Below, piece after piece: positions 27,831 through 38,555 of a stretch of DNA of 64,000 nt (position 1 is its first letter; the number at the start of each line of letters is the position of its first letter). The notes under the pieces were generated by a model, which was not told the DNA's origin, did not search any database, and saw nothing but the letters and a program-made list of their open reading frames with translations. Location: the NCBI GenBank assembly GCA_001643675.2, contig LSRY02000012.1:1364001-1428000 (forward strand), read 5' to 3'. Both the position numbers and the translations under genes were made by a program. The DNA is from Monocercomonoides exilis PA203. Taxonomy: Eukaryota; Protista; Preaxostyla.

Positions 27831-28222
27831 ACTTATTTGCAAATAAAGTATTTTTATTGATGCTCAATCCCTAAACGATTCCACTCACATTGATAAAAAA
27901 ACCTTGATAGAAGCTTGCATAAATTCAGATATTGACATGCTTTTCTCAAACACTATTTCATTCAAAAATCAACTCAAAATTATTCAGGAATAAAAAAAAT
28001 ATTTATTTTAATGATATATATTGATCTGTATCAATTCTCTTTCTTTGCGAAAATATCTTCATTCCATTATTTCATTTCAATATTCAAATAAATGGAAAAA
28101 AAAACTTCTTGGTTCAAAGGTTTTTTGCTCATTTCATTTTGAGTCAAATAATTAGATCAAAATTCAAATAAAAGTTTGAAATCAAAGATTTTCAGCTTTT
28201 TCTCAATTTTTTCTTTTGACAT

Positions 28223-28480
28223 GTGTGATTATTTATGAAATCATAACTTTTTTCGGAGTGTTGATTTTTCAAAGGTTGTTTGTCACTGAATAGTGATTTT
28301 GTTTTTTAAGTTTTAATTTCATTAAAACCATATCAAAAACAAATGCTTACGCTGAAATAAAGATGAAAATATCTTTTATTTGTGTTTTTTCTTTTAAGTT
28401 TTCATTTGTAAGTATTCAATAAAAATTTTTTGATTCGAAATTTTTGAAAGAAAATATAAAGATAATAAAAATAATCACCC
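28223..28480. mobile_element. Degenerate ~258-bp MITE of the GGG/CCC family
   Basis: Left end GTGTGATTATTTATGAAATCATAAC, right end ...AAAATAATCACCC. The 5' interior resembles 54079-54335. No intact TSD. Confidence 0.5.
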
Positions 28481-29627
28481 ATTTGTAAGTTCTACCAAAT
28501 AATTTCCAGACTGTGTAATCGTAATAATTTATCATCTTGATTAATGTTTGAAAAAGTGTATTAAAAAACGATAGACATTTATGTTCAATGCAATTTATTT
28601 TTTTGAATTGAAATTGATTCATGAAATGACAAAAAGAAAATACTTGGTATAATTTCAAGCAAATATAGGTAATTTTACAGAAGTTTTTATTAGTTAATTC
28701 AGAAATTCTACCGTATTTTTTTGGTTTACAAAAGAAATTTATTAGCAAAAAATTATTAATTGCTAATCTAAATAAAAAAAATATAATAAATAGAATAGAA
28801 TAGAATAAAATAAAAATATATAGAAACTAAGCACGAGAATCAATAAAATATAATTTTAAAATCGAAAGAAATCGAAAAAATAATTTTTATCCATTATTTT
28901 TCAAAATCAAAATATAAAGAAAAGAGATAATTATAAACTTAAATCAACATGATTAAAAAGACTTTCCAGACTGAAATGGTTTCTATATCTTTTGAATCTG
29001 TAGCTCGATAGCTCATCAGACGTGCAGATAAAACAACATTTCAGACCTCAATATGAGGAAAGTTTCAAACATTTAAAAGTTGATTTATTGAAAATACATA
29101 ACTAAAATGTAGTATTAAACTTCAATAAATTTCATAAAATATTCAATAAAAAACAAAAGAAAAAATTGTCTTGAATCATAGAAATCAATTTGATGAAGAC
29201 GATTTAGATGAAAACAAATGTGAAAGAATAATTTTATTTTAAATAATATTAAAAATTATTTAATTTAATTATTATTTTTAAATTATTTAATTATTGTTAA
29301 TATTATTAACAACACTTATATATATTCTTTTTCACTTGATTCTAAATGTTCTTACAAATGATATCATAACATTAGCAAGAACTTTAGCTCTTAAATTTCA
29401 TCATTTTTATCAGTCTTCAATCTAATTAAACTTCTACTGAACTTAATTGTGAGATTCCTCTTGCATACAAAAATCCATATTCGTCTTTCTAAGAACAGTA
29501 ATAAGAACATTCAATTTTCTCATCTTGCAATGAAATTGATCCGATTTCTTTCCCTAAAAATCTTTCCCGATGATAATGTTCAAAGATGAAATCAGGAAAG
29601 GCTGTTGAATATAACAATGACTTTATG

Positions 29628-31163
29628 TTATTTGCAGTATCTTTTTAATTTTCCACCATCAAATATCTGCTTTCTAACTTCTTCAACTCTTTCGTCAATT
29701 GAATTTTCTTCATCGCTCCAATCAATTACAACTCCATCGCTTATATTTGCCTTTAGAAAAGCTTGAAAATGATTTGTCACAATATTTGAATCATTTTCTG
29801 CTTGTGGCTTCTTTATTGCATCATCATTATCCAATTTACACCCATTTTTCTCAATCATTAACAAAGGTTTTGTTTCGGTTTCAATAATTTCATCGTTTTC
29901 CTTTTCAATTTCTTTTGAATTTTCAAATTCATTTTCTTCGCATTTTGCGCAGCTGTGTTCCCGTTCGCTTTCGTTTTCATTTTCAGTTTCAATTTCATTT
30001 TCAGTTTCAATTTCTGTTTCACTTTCGTTTTCAGCTTCAGTCTCAGTTTCAATTTCATTTTCGGTTTCTGCATCTTCATCCACTTTCGCTCCATCAATAA
30101 GATCGTCCTCTCCCACCTCCATCTCCCCAAATCGCATCCAAAGCACCTCCTCTTTCCCTCCAAATCTCCCCGATTCTTTTCTTCCACACTCACACCCACG
30201 TCTCCCGTTGCACCCTCTTTCTTCTCCCACATCCATTGAACTCGATGACGATGACGAAGACGAAGAAGATGATGAAGATGAAGACGAAGTTGAAAATGAA
30301 TTGATGGTGGCAGTTGCTGCTCCCGCTTCAGGCAGCTCCCCTGAGATCAGCCGCCGAAACCCCACATACTCCCGCTGGCTCACATTCGTGTTCCAGTCCA
30401 GAAGGTCCAGGCACGACCGCTCAAACTGCCACATCGTCTTCACCGGCAGCCCAAACGCCTCTGCCCAGCAGCTGTTCCGGATCGTGATGTCCGCACTCCC
30501 CTTGTGCGCCGCAAGCACACACACCACAAACAGCGTCTTCAGCGAGTTCCGGAACAGCTCGATAAACGTCGAGCACCAGTAGTGCGTCTTGCAGATCCGG
30601 TCAAACAGCACCACCCCCTGGATCACCTCCGTCGTCCGGATCCGGAACGTCCCACACAGCACCCCCAGGATCCGCACCAGCGTCCCCCGCATCTCCTCCC
30701 CAAACCGCCCCTTCCGCACCTGCACCACGCTGTCCCGCTCGCTCGTCCGCCGCCCTTCCCGCGCCCGCTCCTCCATCACCTCCCGCGCCAGCCCCGCCAG
30801 GTTCGTCTTCCCGCACACCTCGCAGCATCGCACCTCCCGCTCCTCCCCGCTCCCCACCACCCGCGCCGCATAACCCAGGCTCAGCTCCGCAATCTGCGAC
30901 ACCAGCGACGCTGCCCGCTCCACAACCTCCCCCACAGCCGGCACCGAGTGGAAATACGTCCGCATCGGCGCTTCTTCCGCTACCCCCGCTACCCCCGCTC
31001 CTTTCCACTCTCCGCCCTCCTCCGCTCCTCTTTCCTCTATTTCTCCTTCCATTTCCCCTTCCGCCTCCACTTCCGCTTTTAACTCCTCCCCCACCTCCTC
31101 TGCGCAAAATGCTTCTTTTTCTTCTATCATTCTATTCATGCGATCTTTTATATTTGATAACAT
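29628..31163 (-). CDS. PHO80/PCL-type cyclin-fold protein, copy 1 (intronless, GC-rich core, acidic repeat tail)
   Basis: GVVLFDRIC...LFVVCVLAAHKGSADITIRNSCWAEAFGLPVKTMWQFERSCLDLLDWNTNVSQREY resembles the PCL/PHO80 cyclin box. Confidence 0.7.
   Translation of the reverse strand: MLSNIKDRMNRMIEEKEAFCAEEVGEELKAEVEAEGEMEGEIEERGAEEGGEWKGAGVAGVAEEAPMRTYFHSVPAVGEVVERAASLVSQIAELSLGYAARVVGSGEEREVRCCEVCGKTNLAGLAREVMEERAREGRRTSERDSVVQVRKGRFGEEMRGTLVRILGVLCGTFRIRTTEVIQGVVLFDRICKTHYWCSTFIELFRNSLKTLFVVCVLAAHKGSADITIRNSCWAEAFGLPVKTMWQFERSCLDLLDWNTNVSQREYVGFRRLISGELPEAGAATATINSFSTSSSSSSSSSSSSSSSSSMDVGEERGCNGRRGCECGRKESGRFGGKEEVLWMRFGEMEVGEDDLIDGAKVDEDAETENEIETETEAENESETEIETENEIETENENESEREHSCAKCEENEFENSKEIEKENDEIIETETKPLLMIEKNGCKLDNDDAIKKPQAENDSNIVTNHFQAFLKANISDGVVIDWSDEENSIDERVEEVRKQIFDGGKLKRYCK
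29892..31139 (-). repeat. 1248-bp inverted repeat, left arm (partner 36912-38159)
   Basis: Reverse complement of 36912-38159 with the same length. ORF-track translations of both copies agree in several frames. Confidence 0.95.
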
Positions 31164-31339
31164 TTGAATTAGTTGTTAAATGGAAATTGACACAAGAAGA
31201 TCTAAAGTATTATTAATTTCAATTAATTATTTATAGTGGGTCTTATTATGATCCCTTTTTGATAAAAAGTTATTGAAATAAAAATTTAAATATCATATCT
31301 TTTTAAACATTCTTTTTGATTGAGAAATATTTGATCAAA

Positions 31340-33392
31340 ATGTTTTATTTTAGTAAAAATGTTATTTCTGTGTTATTAACAATATGCACTATAACTAATT
31401 TCATAGATGCAAAAGTGTGATCAAATACGTTTTTATGCATTTTATATTGGATGAATTTCTTTTTAGGTTTATATTAATGAACTTTTTGATAATAAAAAGT
31501 CTATGGAAAACTGGAAAGGAAGCAATCATTCAAACTTTCGTAGCAAAATGGAGTTGCTTTACCCTTCTTATGATGAAAAGAATGAAACTATCCCAAGTTT
31601 GCGTTTAAATTTGATTAATGATATAATTTACCATTTGTTTATGTAGTGCTTTCAACAAATTCACATTTCACAAGATATGCACACTCATTAAAAGTACATC
31701 AAAAGATGAATGGAAACGGACTTCATTTTGAAGTTTGGATTTTTTTTTTGGAAATAAAAAATTATTATCTGATATTCAAAGTTTATTTTACGAAATGAAA
31801 ATCCAAGATTGGACTGTGCAGGTGGTTATATAACTGTTTTAGAAACACCGTTTGACCAACTGTCATTTGGTGGTACAAAACATTATAAATTTCAATTTGG
31901 TCCAACTTTCTGCAAAGATGACGATGAAGTTCGTTTTGTAATTCCTTGCTTTGATGAAAATACCCAACAATGGGTGGAGCATAGACTAGTTGCTCACATA
32001 AAATCTCGATTGGACGAAAACGTGACTCATCTTTACACATTGATAATAAAACAAAATGAAGATTTTTCTATCAAAGTCGATGATGATCTGGAGTTTGAAG
32101 GAAATCTTAGGGATGAAGGAATTTTTGAACCACCATTGGTTTATCCGCGCTTTATACCAGATACTACTGACACAAAGCCAGACGACTGGGATGATAGAAT
32201 AACTATTGATGATCCGACTGATGTTCCACCACCTGAATGGGATGATTCCATTAAGCCTACAATTGATGATCCATCTTTTCCAAAGCCGAAAGATTGGATA
32301 GAAGAGGAGCCCATAATAACAGAGGACAAAAAGGCAAAGAAGCCAGCAATGTGGGACAGCACGGAAGACGGAGAGTATCGTCCCCGTATCGGACTGAATG
32401 AAAAATGTGTGCAAACAATGGAGAGTGGTTGTGGGAAATGGAAGGCGCCTCAGCTGAAGAATCCGAAGTACAAAGGAAAGTACCCTGCTCGGCAGATACC
32501 AAACCCGAACTACAAAGGAGAGTGGAAGCCGAAGATGATACCTAATCCTGAGTGGAAAGATGTGAAGGAGATTATCCGCTGGAAAAATGAAGAAGGAGAA
32601 AGTGCTGAAAATGAAAAAAACAACAAAAGCGAAGGCAATGAAAACGATGGAAATGGGGTTATTACAGGAGTTATGATTGACATTTACGCAGGCGATACGA
32701 CTGTCATGTTTGATGGAATACTGCTGTGTGACCACGATTTGGATGAGAACGGGAAAGATAAGGACAAAGACGATTATGCCGCAAAGCAACAAAACAGGAT
32801 TCGATGGAACCAGCGACTTCACTATGAAGAGATTGTCAAGCGTATGAGTAATGCCCAAAAACTGCGGGTGTCGAGAAACAAGGCATTTGTGGAGATGAAA
32901 GCAAGATGGAGGAGGTACTTTCGTTACAAAGAAGGAACGGCCACTTGGCTGGTGAAAGGAGAATGGAGGTTGGTTGTCAGATGGATTGGGCTGTGGATGC
33001 AGCAGTATCTTTTTGATGCTTTCTCACCTTCAACTCTTATCTTCATGGGCATAGCAATCGTATTTGGGGTTGTTTTTACAATTGTTGGTTGTTGCTTGCT
33101 TAGCAACGAGCTCGAGAAGAAGAAAATATCTTCAACTGATAGAAATATGGAACAGATACCAACAGAAACAAAGAAGAAACATGAAGATAATAATGATGAG
33201 GAATTGAAAAAATTAAAAGAGGACAATAAAAAAGACACATTGGATAAGAAGCAAAAGAAAAGAAAAGATGGAGAATTTGCAACAACATGTACAAGTGAAG
33301 ATCAAATTCAACACTCAATTCATTTAGATTCCCACAAAGAAATTGATCAACAAATTCCAAAAAAGAGAAAATTAAAAAACAAACGTCAATAA
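31340..33392 (+). CDS. CANX: Calnexin (calreticulin family: signal peptide, P-domain, TM segment, basic cytosolic tail), 4 exons
   Basis: Signal peptide then VYINELF, DCAGGYI, FGPTFC, THLYTLII, KPDDWD/KPKDW repeats, GKWKAPQLKNPKYKGK...IPNPNYKGEWKPKMIPNP, and TM segment LIFMGIAIVFGVVFTIVGCC. Confidence 0.88.
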
Positions 33393-33564
33393 TGCAAATT
33401 TTTAATTAAAGATCATTAACGCTATTATTCTGCTATTTATTTTAGTTTATATGTTCTTTTTTTGAGCATTATCAAAAATAAATGCTATTATAACCCTTAT
33501 TATTTGTTTTTGATTTGTTTTTTGTGATAGTATTTTTAATAGAAGAAAGAATATTTAAAGGCAA

Positions 33565-34908
33565 ATGTTCCATAATGCAAGGGAAATGCTTTTAAAATTC
33601 AACTATTCTAAGCCTCCACAGTTGAAAAGATTCATTGATTCCCATTCAGAACAGGAACAAATTTTTGAAGATAATTTTGAAATAGATGAACAAATACGCT
33701 TGAAATCGGAGAGGAACGACATTTTACAAAAGGAAATAGATGAAATAAAGAAGGAAGAAAGAACATCACAGATGAAATTGGAAATGCTGACTTCAAATTC
33801 AATGAAACTTTCTTCAAAATTGCTCAAATTATCAAAGCATCATAACCAAACGACTGATGAAAAAAATGCAAATGTCAAAAATGTGGAATGCAAGAATGAA
33901 GAAGCAACTACCCCTTTCGTGCAGAATACTAAAAAAGAACAACAAGAAAAACAGATAGAAAATACCAATCAAAAAATTGGAGTAAAAAAAACAAAATTGT
34001 CCATTTCCCAACAAAGCAACACTCGAACAATCAACTGTGGACCACCTTCTCCAGCAGTTCAATTACCAATTCAGATCAAGACTCACTTCGCTTCGGTGAG
34101 AAGCAATCCTTGTGTTCAACCACCATCAATAAATTCAACAGTAAAAAAGATTTCAATTACTCCAAAAAGAAAAATTAATCAATTGCAAGCAAGTTCTCCA
34201 GATTCAAGTTTGAAGCCTCAAGAGTCACCTTCATCCATAAATTCCTTTATTCAATTACCTTCAACTGACAAAGATTTGGATGATTCCGAAAAATTGAATG
34301 AAGCCACACTTCAGTTAAGGGATTCTCAAGAAGAGGAAAGCGATGATTCAGGTGCAACTAAGACTTCATCGCGTTTGAGATCAAATTTATCCACTTCATT
34401 GCCTTTATCTTCTGACATCGAATCCAATTCATTAACCTTCACGAGCACACATTCACTAACCACTTCACATGTTTCTGAATCACATCAAGTTAATATTTCC
34501 TCAACCTCCGAACGTTCAGCTTCCTCTCGCAAAGATTCCTCAACCCCTCCGCCATCAAAAACAACATGCTCCCCTTCGAAATCACTTAAAACATCTTTGT
34601 TTTCTTTGCAATCACCAGCTTTACTGAATCATCATTTACTCCTTCCTTCTTCTCATGATGACTTGCAATCGGAAAATGAAAAAACTTATTCATCTTCAGA
34701 GAAAAAACTCACTTCTCCTCATTCACTTCCTAGAACTCGTCCTCGTCCTCATCAATCAATATCTACTTCAATAAATATTTCAGAGAAAGTGAAGTCACCG
34801 CTACTTTATTCGGAAGAGCTTAGCAAACCATCTGAAGGGAAAATGGAATTTTCAAATACAAAAAATGATAACAATGATGATTTATCGAACAAAAATCTTA
34901 ATAAATGA
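33565..34908 (+). CDS. Hypothetical protein, N-terminal coiled coil and Ser/Pro-rich remainder
   Basis: 447-codon ORF in AT-rich DNA. No family recognised. Confidence 0.6.
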   Translation: MFHNAREMLLKFNYSKPPQLKRFIDSHSEQEQIFEDNFEIDEQIRLKSERNDILQKEIDEIKKEERTSQMKLEMLTSNSMKLSSKLLKLSKHHNQTTDEKNANVKNVECKNEEATTPFVQNTKKEQQEKQIENTNQKIGVKKTKLSISQQSNTRTINCGPPSPAVQLPIQIKTHFASVRSNPCVQPPSINSTVKKISITPKRKINQLQASSPDSSLKPQESPSSINSFIQLPSTDKDLDDSEKLNEATLQLRDSQEEESDDSGATKTSSRLRSNLSTSLPLSSDIESNSLTFTSTHSLTTSHVSESHQVNISSTSERSASSRKDSSTPPPSKTTCSPSKSLKTSLFSLQSPALLNHHLLLPSSHDDLQSENEKTYSSSEKKLTSPHSLPRTRPRPHQSISTSINISEKVKSPLLYSEELSKPSEGKMEFSNTKNDNNDDLSNKNLNK

Positions 34909-35090
34909 AAAAATTTGGATGTTTTATGTAGTTTCATTTTAAGCGATAATTTTTTCCTTTTTCGTTGAGATTTTTTGTAAAATTTTAAAGATTTTAAAAC
35001 AAATTATAACGGTTAGATCTAATTATTGAAAAAGGGATTTTAATAGATCAAGTCTATTTGACGAGTTTGTCCTCGTTGGAATTTAAGGCC

Positions 35091-36675
35091 ATGTCTTCTA
35101 CAACTCAAAGTCCTTTAACACTTAAACGTAAAGAGGTGCAACAAGCAGATAACGCTAATCTTGCAATTCAACTTCAACAATGGATTTCATCCGTTTTGGG
35201 TCAGCAAGTGTCATTGCCCAACGATTTAGCATCCGGTGTTGTAATATGCAAACTTATAAATAAAATCCATCCAGGTTCAATAGGCAAATTTAATGAAAAT
35301 CCAAATGCAGTTTTTCAGAAAGTTGAAAACCATCAAGCTGTATGTCTTTTTTTTTTCATTTTCCGTTGATACAAATGAAATACATAAACTTTTTCAAGAT
35401 AAACGCTGCACTGAAAAAGATCGGCATCCCTGCCTCTGACCTTCCTGAGGCAATTGATTCAGCAAACGGAAAAGCTGATCCTCGTCTTCTGAATATTATC
35501 AATCGTCTTAGAGCTCATTCAAACATTAAATCAGCTTCTGTTTGCAAAGCAATTGAAAAGAAATCGAGATTGGATCATACCCGCAAAGGAATGATTCGCA
35601 AAGTTAGAAAGTGGTTGAAGCATGAACTCAAAAAGCCTGTGAACATCCCTGAAGATCTTCGGAAAGGAGCTGTTGTCTGCGAAGCAATTAACAAATTGTG
35701 CCCAAAACTTATTGAGGAATTCGATGCAGATCCAAAGAACGTCATTGCACAAACTGCAAACTGGAAGAAAGTACTTTTTTTGATTATTTTTCTTTTTAAT
35801 AAAATAATTTTTGTTTAAAACAATAGATTAATGCAGCACTCATCAAATGTGCCGTTGCTCCATCAGAATTACCAAATGCCGTCAAAGCTGCAAAAGGAGA
35901 ATCTGATGCGCATGTCATTTTCCTCGTGTACAAATTGAGCAATCGTGCAAAAACACTTCGTGTTGCTCCCGAAAGTGTTGTGAAGAAGATTGCAAACAAA
36001 GAAGCAAGAATTCGCAAGAGATTTGCACAGAAGAAAGAAAGAAAGATTGAAGCACTGCGAGAGAGAACAATGGGTGCAATTCGTGCTGCGAAATACAACC
36101 GCAAATACAAGAAGGATAGAAAGAAGAGAATTATGCTCCATCGCAAAGCCGAAAAGAAAGGCAACTTCTATGTTCCACCAGAACCCAAGCTTGCCTTTGT
36201 GATGCGTCTGCGTGGTGTGAATGGAGTTCCACCAAAGCAAAGAAAGATTCTCCAATTGTTCCGTCTTCGTCAAATCCACAACGCTGTCTTTGTTCGCCTC
36301 ACAAAAGCAACACTCAACATGCTCAAAGTCATTGAGCCATATGTTGCCATTGGATATCCCAGTGTCAGAACCATCCGTGCTCTTCTCGTTAAGCGTGGAT
36401 ATGCAAAGATTAATGGACAGAGAATTCCTCTCACTTCAAACAAAGTGATTGCACGTGCATTGGGCAGATACAAGATTAAGACATTGGACGATTTGATCTG
36501 GCAAATTGTGACAATCGGAAGACACTTTGCCAAATGCAACCGTTTCTTGTGGCCATTCAAGATGAACTCTCCAAGAGGAGGATACAAGAAGAGCAAATTG
36601 AGACACTTTGTCGAAGGAGGAGCAGCAGGAAATAGAATGGGAATGATTAACAGATTGATAAGAAGATGTCTTTAA
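35091..36675 (+). CDS. RPL7: 60S ribosomal protein L7 (uL30) fused downstream of two calponin-homology domains; 489 aa; exons 35091-35339, 35399-35770, 35827-36675
   Basis: uL30 motifs: VAPESVVKK, GNFYVPPEPKLAFVMRLRGVNGVPPK, LRQIHNAVFV, FLWPFKMNSPRGG, HFVEGGAAGNR. CH1: WISSVL...DLASGVVICKLINKIHPGSI...ENHQA. CH2: WLKHEL...DLRKGAVVCEAINKLCPKLI. Two phase-0 GT-AG introns join all three exons in frame. Confidence 0.9.
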
Positions 36676-36902
36676 GAAATTACACAAACAACAAAAGAGA
36701 AAAAGAAGAAATGGCTTTCGTATACTTGCTTTTATAATTTTAATAACATTTCAGCAAGAATACGGATAACAATGTAAAAAATAAAACAAAACTGAAAAAA
36801 TATTTATCAACAAAAAAACAATAAAAATCTGATCATAAAATTCAATAAATGGCTATTGATCAAATATACAATCTTTAAATAAACTTCAACATAACTTTGA
36901 TA

Positions 36903-38555
36903 ATGGATCAGATGAATAGAATGATAGAAGAAAAAGAAGCATTTTGCGCAGAGGAGGTGGGGGAGGAGTTAAAAGCGGAAGTGGAGGCGGAAGGGGAAAT
37001 GGAAGGAGAAATAGAGGAAAGAGGAGCGGAGGAGGGCGGAGAGTGGAAAGGAGCGGGGGTAGCGGGGGTAGCGGAAGAAGCGCCGATGCGGACGTATTTC
37101 CACTCGGTGCCGGCTGTGGGGGAGGTTGTGGAGCGGGCAGCGTCGCTGGTGTCGCAGATTGCGGAGCTGAGCCTGGGTTATGCGGCGCGGGTGGTGGGGA
37201 GCGGGGAGGAGCGGGAGGTGCGATGCTGCGAGGTGTGCGGGAAGACGAACCTGGCGGGGCTGGCGCGGGAGGTGATGGAGGAGCGGGCGCGGGAAGGGCG
37301 GCGGACGAGCGAGCGGGACAGCGTGGTGCAGGTGCGGAAGGGGCGGTTTGGGGAGGAGATGCGGGGGACGCTGGTGCGGATCCTGGGGGTGCTGTGTGGG
37401 ACGTTCCGGATCCGGACGACGGAGGTGATCCAGGGGGTGGTGCTGTTTGACCGGATCTGCAAGACGCACTACTGGTGCTCGACGTTTATCGAGCTGTTCC
37501 GGAACTCGCTGAAGACGCTGTTTGTGGTGTGTGTGCTTGCGGCGCACAAGGGGAGTGCGGACATCACGATCCGGAACAGCTGCTGGGCAGAGGCGTTTGG
37601 GCTGCCGGTGAAGACGATGTGGCAGTTTGAGCGGTCGTGCCTGGACCTTCTGGACTGGAACACGAATGTGAGCCAGCGGGAGTATGTGGGGTTTCGGCGG
37701 CTGATCTCAGGGGAGCTGCCTGAAGCGGGAGCAGCAACTGCCACCATCAATTCATTTTCAACTTCGTCTTCATCTTCATCATCTTCTTCGTCTTCGTCAT
37801 CGTCATCGAGTTCAATGGATGTGGGAGAAGAAAGAGGGTGCAACGGGAGACGTGGGTGTGAGTGTGGAAGAAAAGAATCGGGGAGATTTGGAGGGAAAGA
37901 GGAGGTGCTTTGGATGCGATTTGGGGAGATGGAGGTGGGAGAGGACGATCTTATTGATGGAGCGAAAGTGGATGAAGATGCAGAAACCGAAAATGAAATT
38001 GAAACTGAGACTGAAGCTGAAAACGAAAGTGAAACAGAAATTGAAACTGAAAATGAAATTGAAACTGAAAATGAAAACGAAAGCGAACGGGAACACAGCT
38101 GCGCAAAATGCGAAGAAAATGAATTTGAAAATTCAAAAGAAATTGAAAAGGAAAACGATAAGAAAGTTGTTGAAAAATTGTGTGAAATTAAAAGAGAGAA
38201 TGTGGATATTGAGAGAAAAAGTGATTTTGATTTCACTGTGGATAATCGTGATGAATCCGATCATTTGGGAGAAAGGAATCATTTATTCGAAAATATAATG
38301 TCCCAGTTATTATCGCAACAGTCATTTGAAAACAATTCTCAGATTTATGAATTTGCTGCTTTGTTTTATAAGCAATACCTTCATGCAAATTATGGTATTG
38401 TTCAAAACGAGTGTATGAAAGATACAAAGGAGTTATTACCTTCTAACGATTTAGTTAATAATACATTGTTCATAAATGATATGAAAGTTGAACCATGTGT
38501 TTCTCAAGGAATCATGCAAGTTGGATTGAATTATGAGCAAAAGGAAAAGTTTTAA
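36903..38555 (+). CDS. PHO80/PCL-type cyclin-fold protein, copy 2 (same core as copy 1, different C-terminus)
   Basis: About 416 aa identical to 29628-31163, then a unique ~130-aa tail. Confidence 0.7.
   Translation: MDQMNRMIEEKEAFCAEEVGEELKAEVEAEGEMEGEIEERGAEEGGEWKGAGVAGVAEEAPMRTYFHSVPAVGEVVERAASLVSQIAELSLGYAARVVGSGEEREVRCCEVCGKTNLAGLAREVMEERAREGRRTSERDSVVQVRKGRFGEEMRGTLVRILGVLCGTFRIRTTEVIQGVVLFDRICKTHYWCSTFIELFRNSLKTLFVVCVLAAHKGSADITIRNSCWAEAFGLPVKTMWQFERSCLDLLDWNTNVSQREYVGFRRLISGELPEAGAATATINSFSTSSSSSSSSSSSSSSSSSMDVGEERGCNGRRGCECGRKESGRFGGKEEVLWMRFGEMEVGEDDLIDGAKVDEDAETENEIETETEAENESETEIETENEIETENENESEREHSCAKCEENEFENSKEIEKENDKKVVEKLCEIKRENVDIERKSDFDFTVDNRDESDHLGERNHLFENIMSQLLSQQSFENNSQIYEFAALFYKQYLHANYGIVQNECMKDTKELLPSNDLVNNTLFINDMKVEPCVSQGIMQVGLNYEQKEKF
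36912..38159 (+). repeat. 1248-bp inverted repeat, right arm
   Basis: Starts ATGAATAGAATGATAG and ends GAAAACGAT. Matches the reverse complement of 29892-31139. Confidence 0.95.

Noticed and set aside
30208-31107. Overlapping antisense and alternative-frame ORFs (also at 2569-4158, 14207-14728, 36944-38236)
   Set aside because: Expected shadows of GC-rich, stop-poor coding sequence. No recognisable domains.
35926-36675. Stand-alone RPL7 starting at GTG 35926, as in the ORF track
   Set aside because: Eukaryotic context makes a GTG start unlikely. The frame continues upstream to a splice acceptor at 35826 and encodes the end of CH2.
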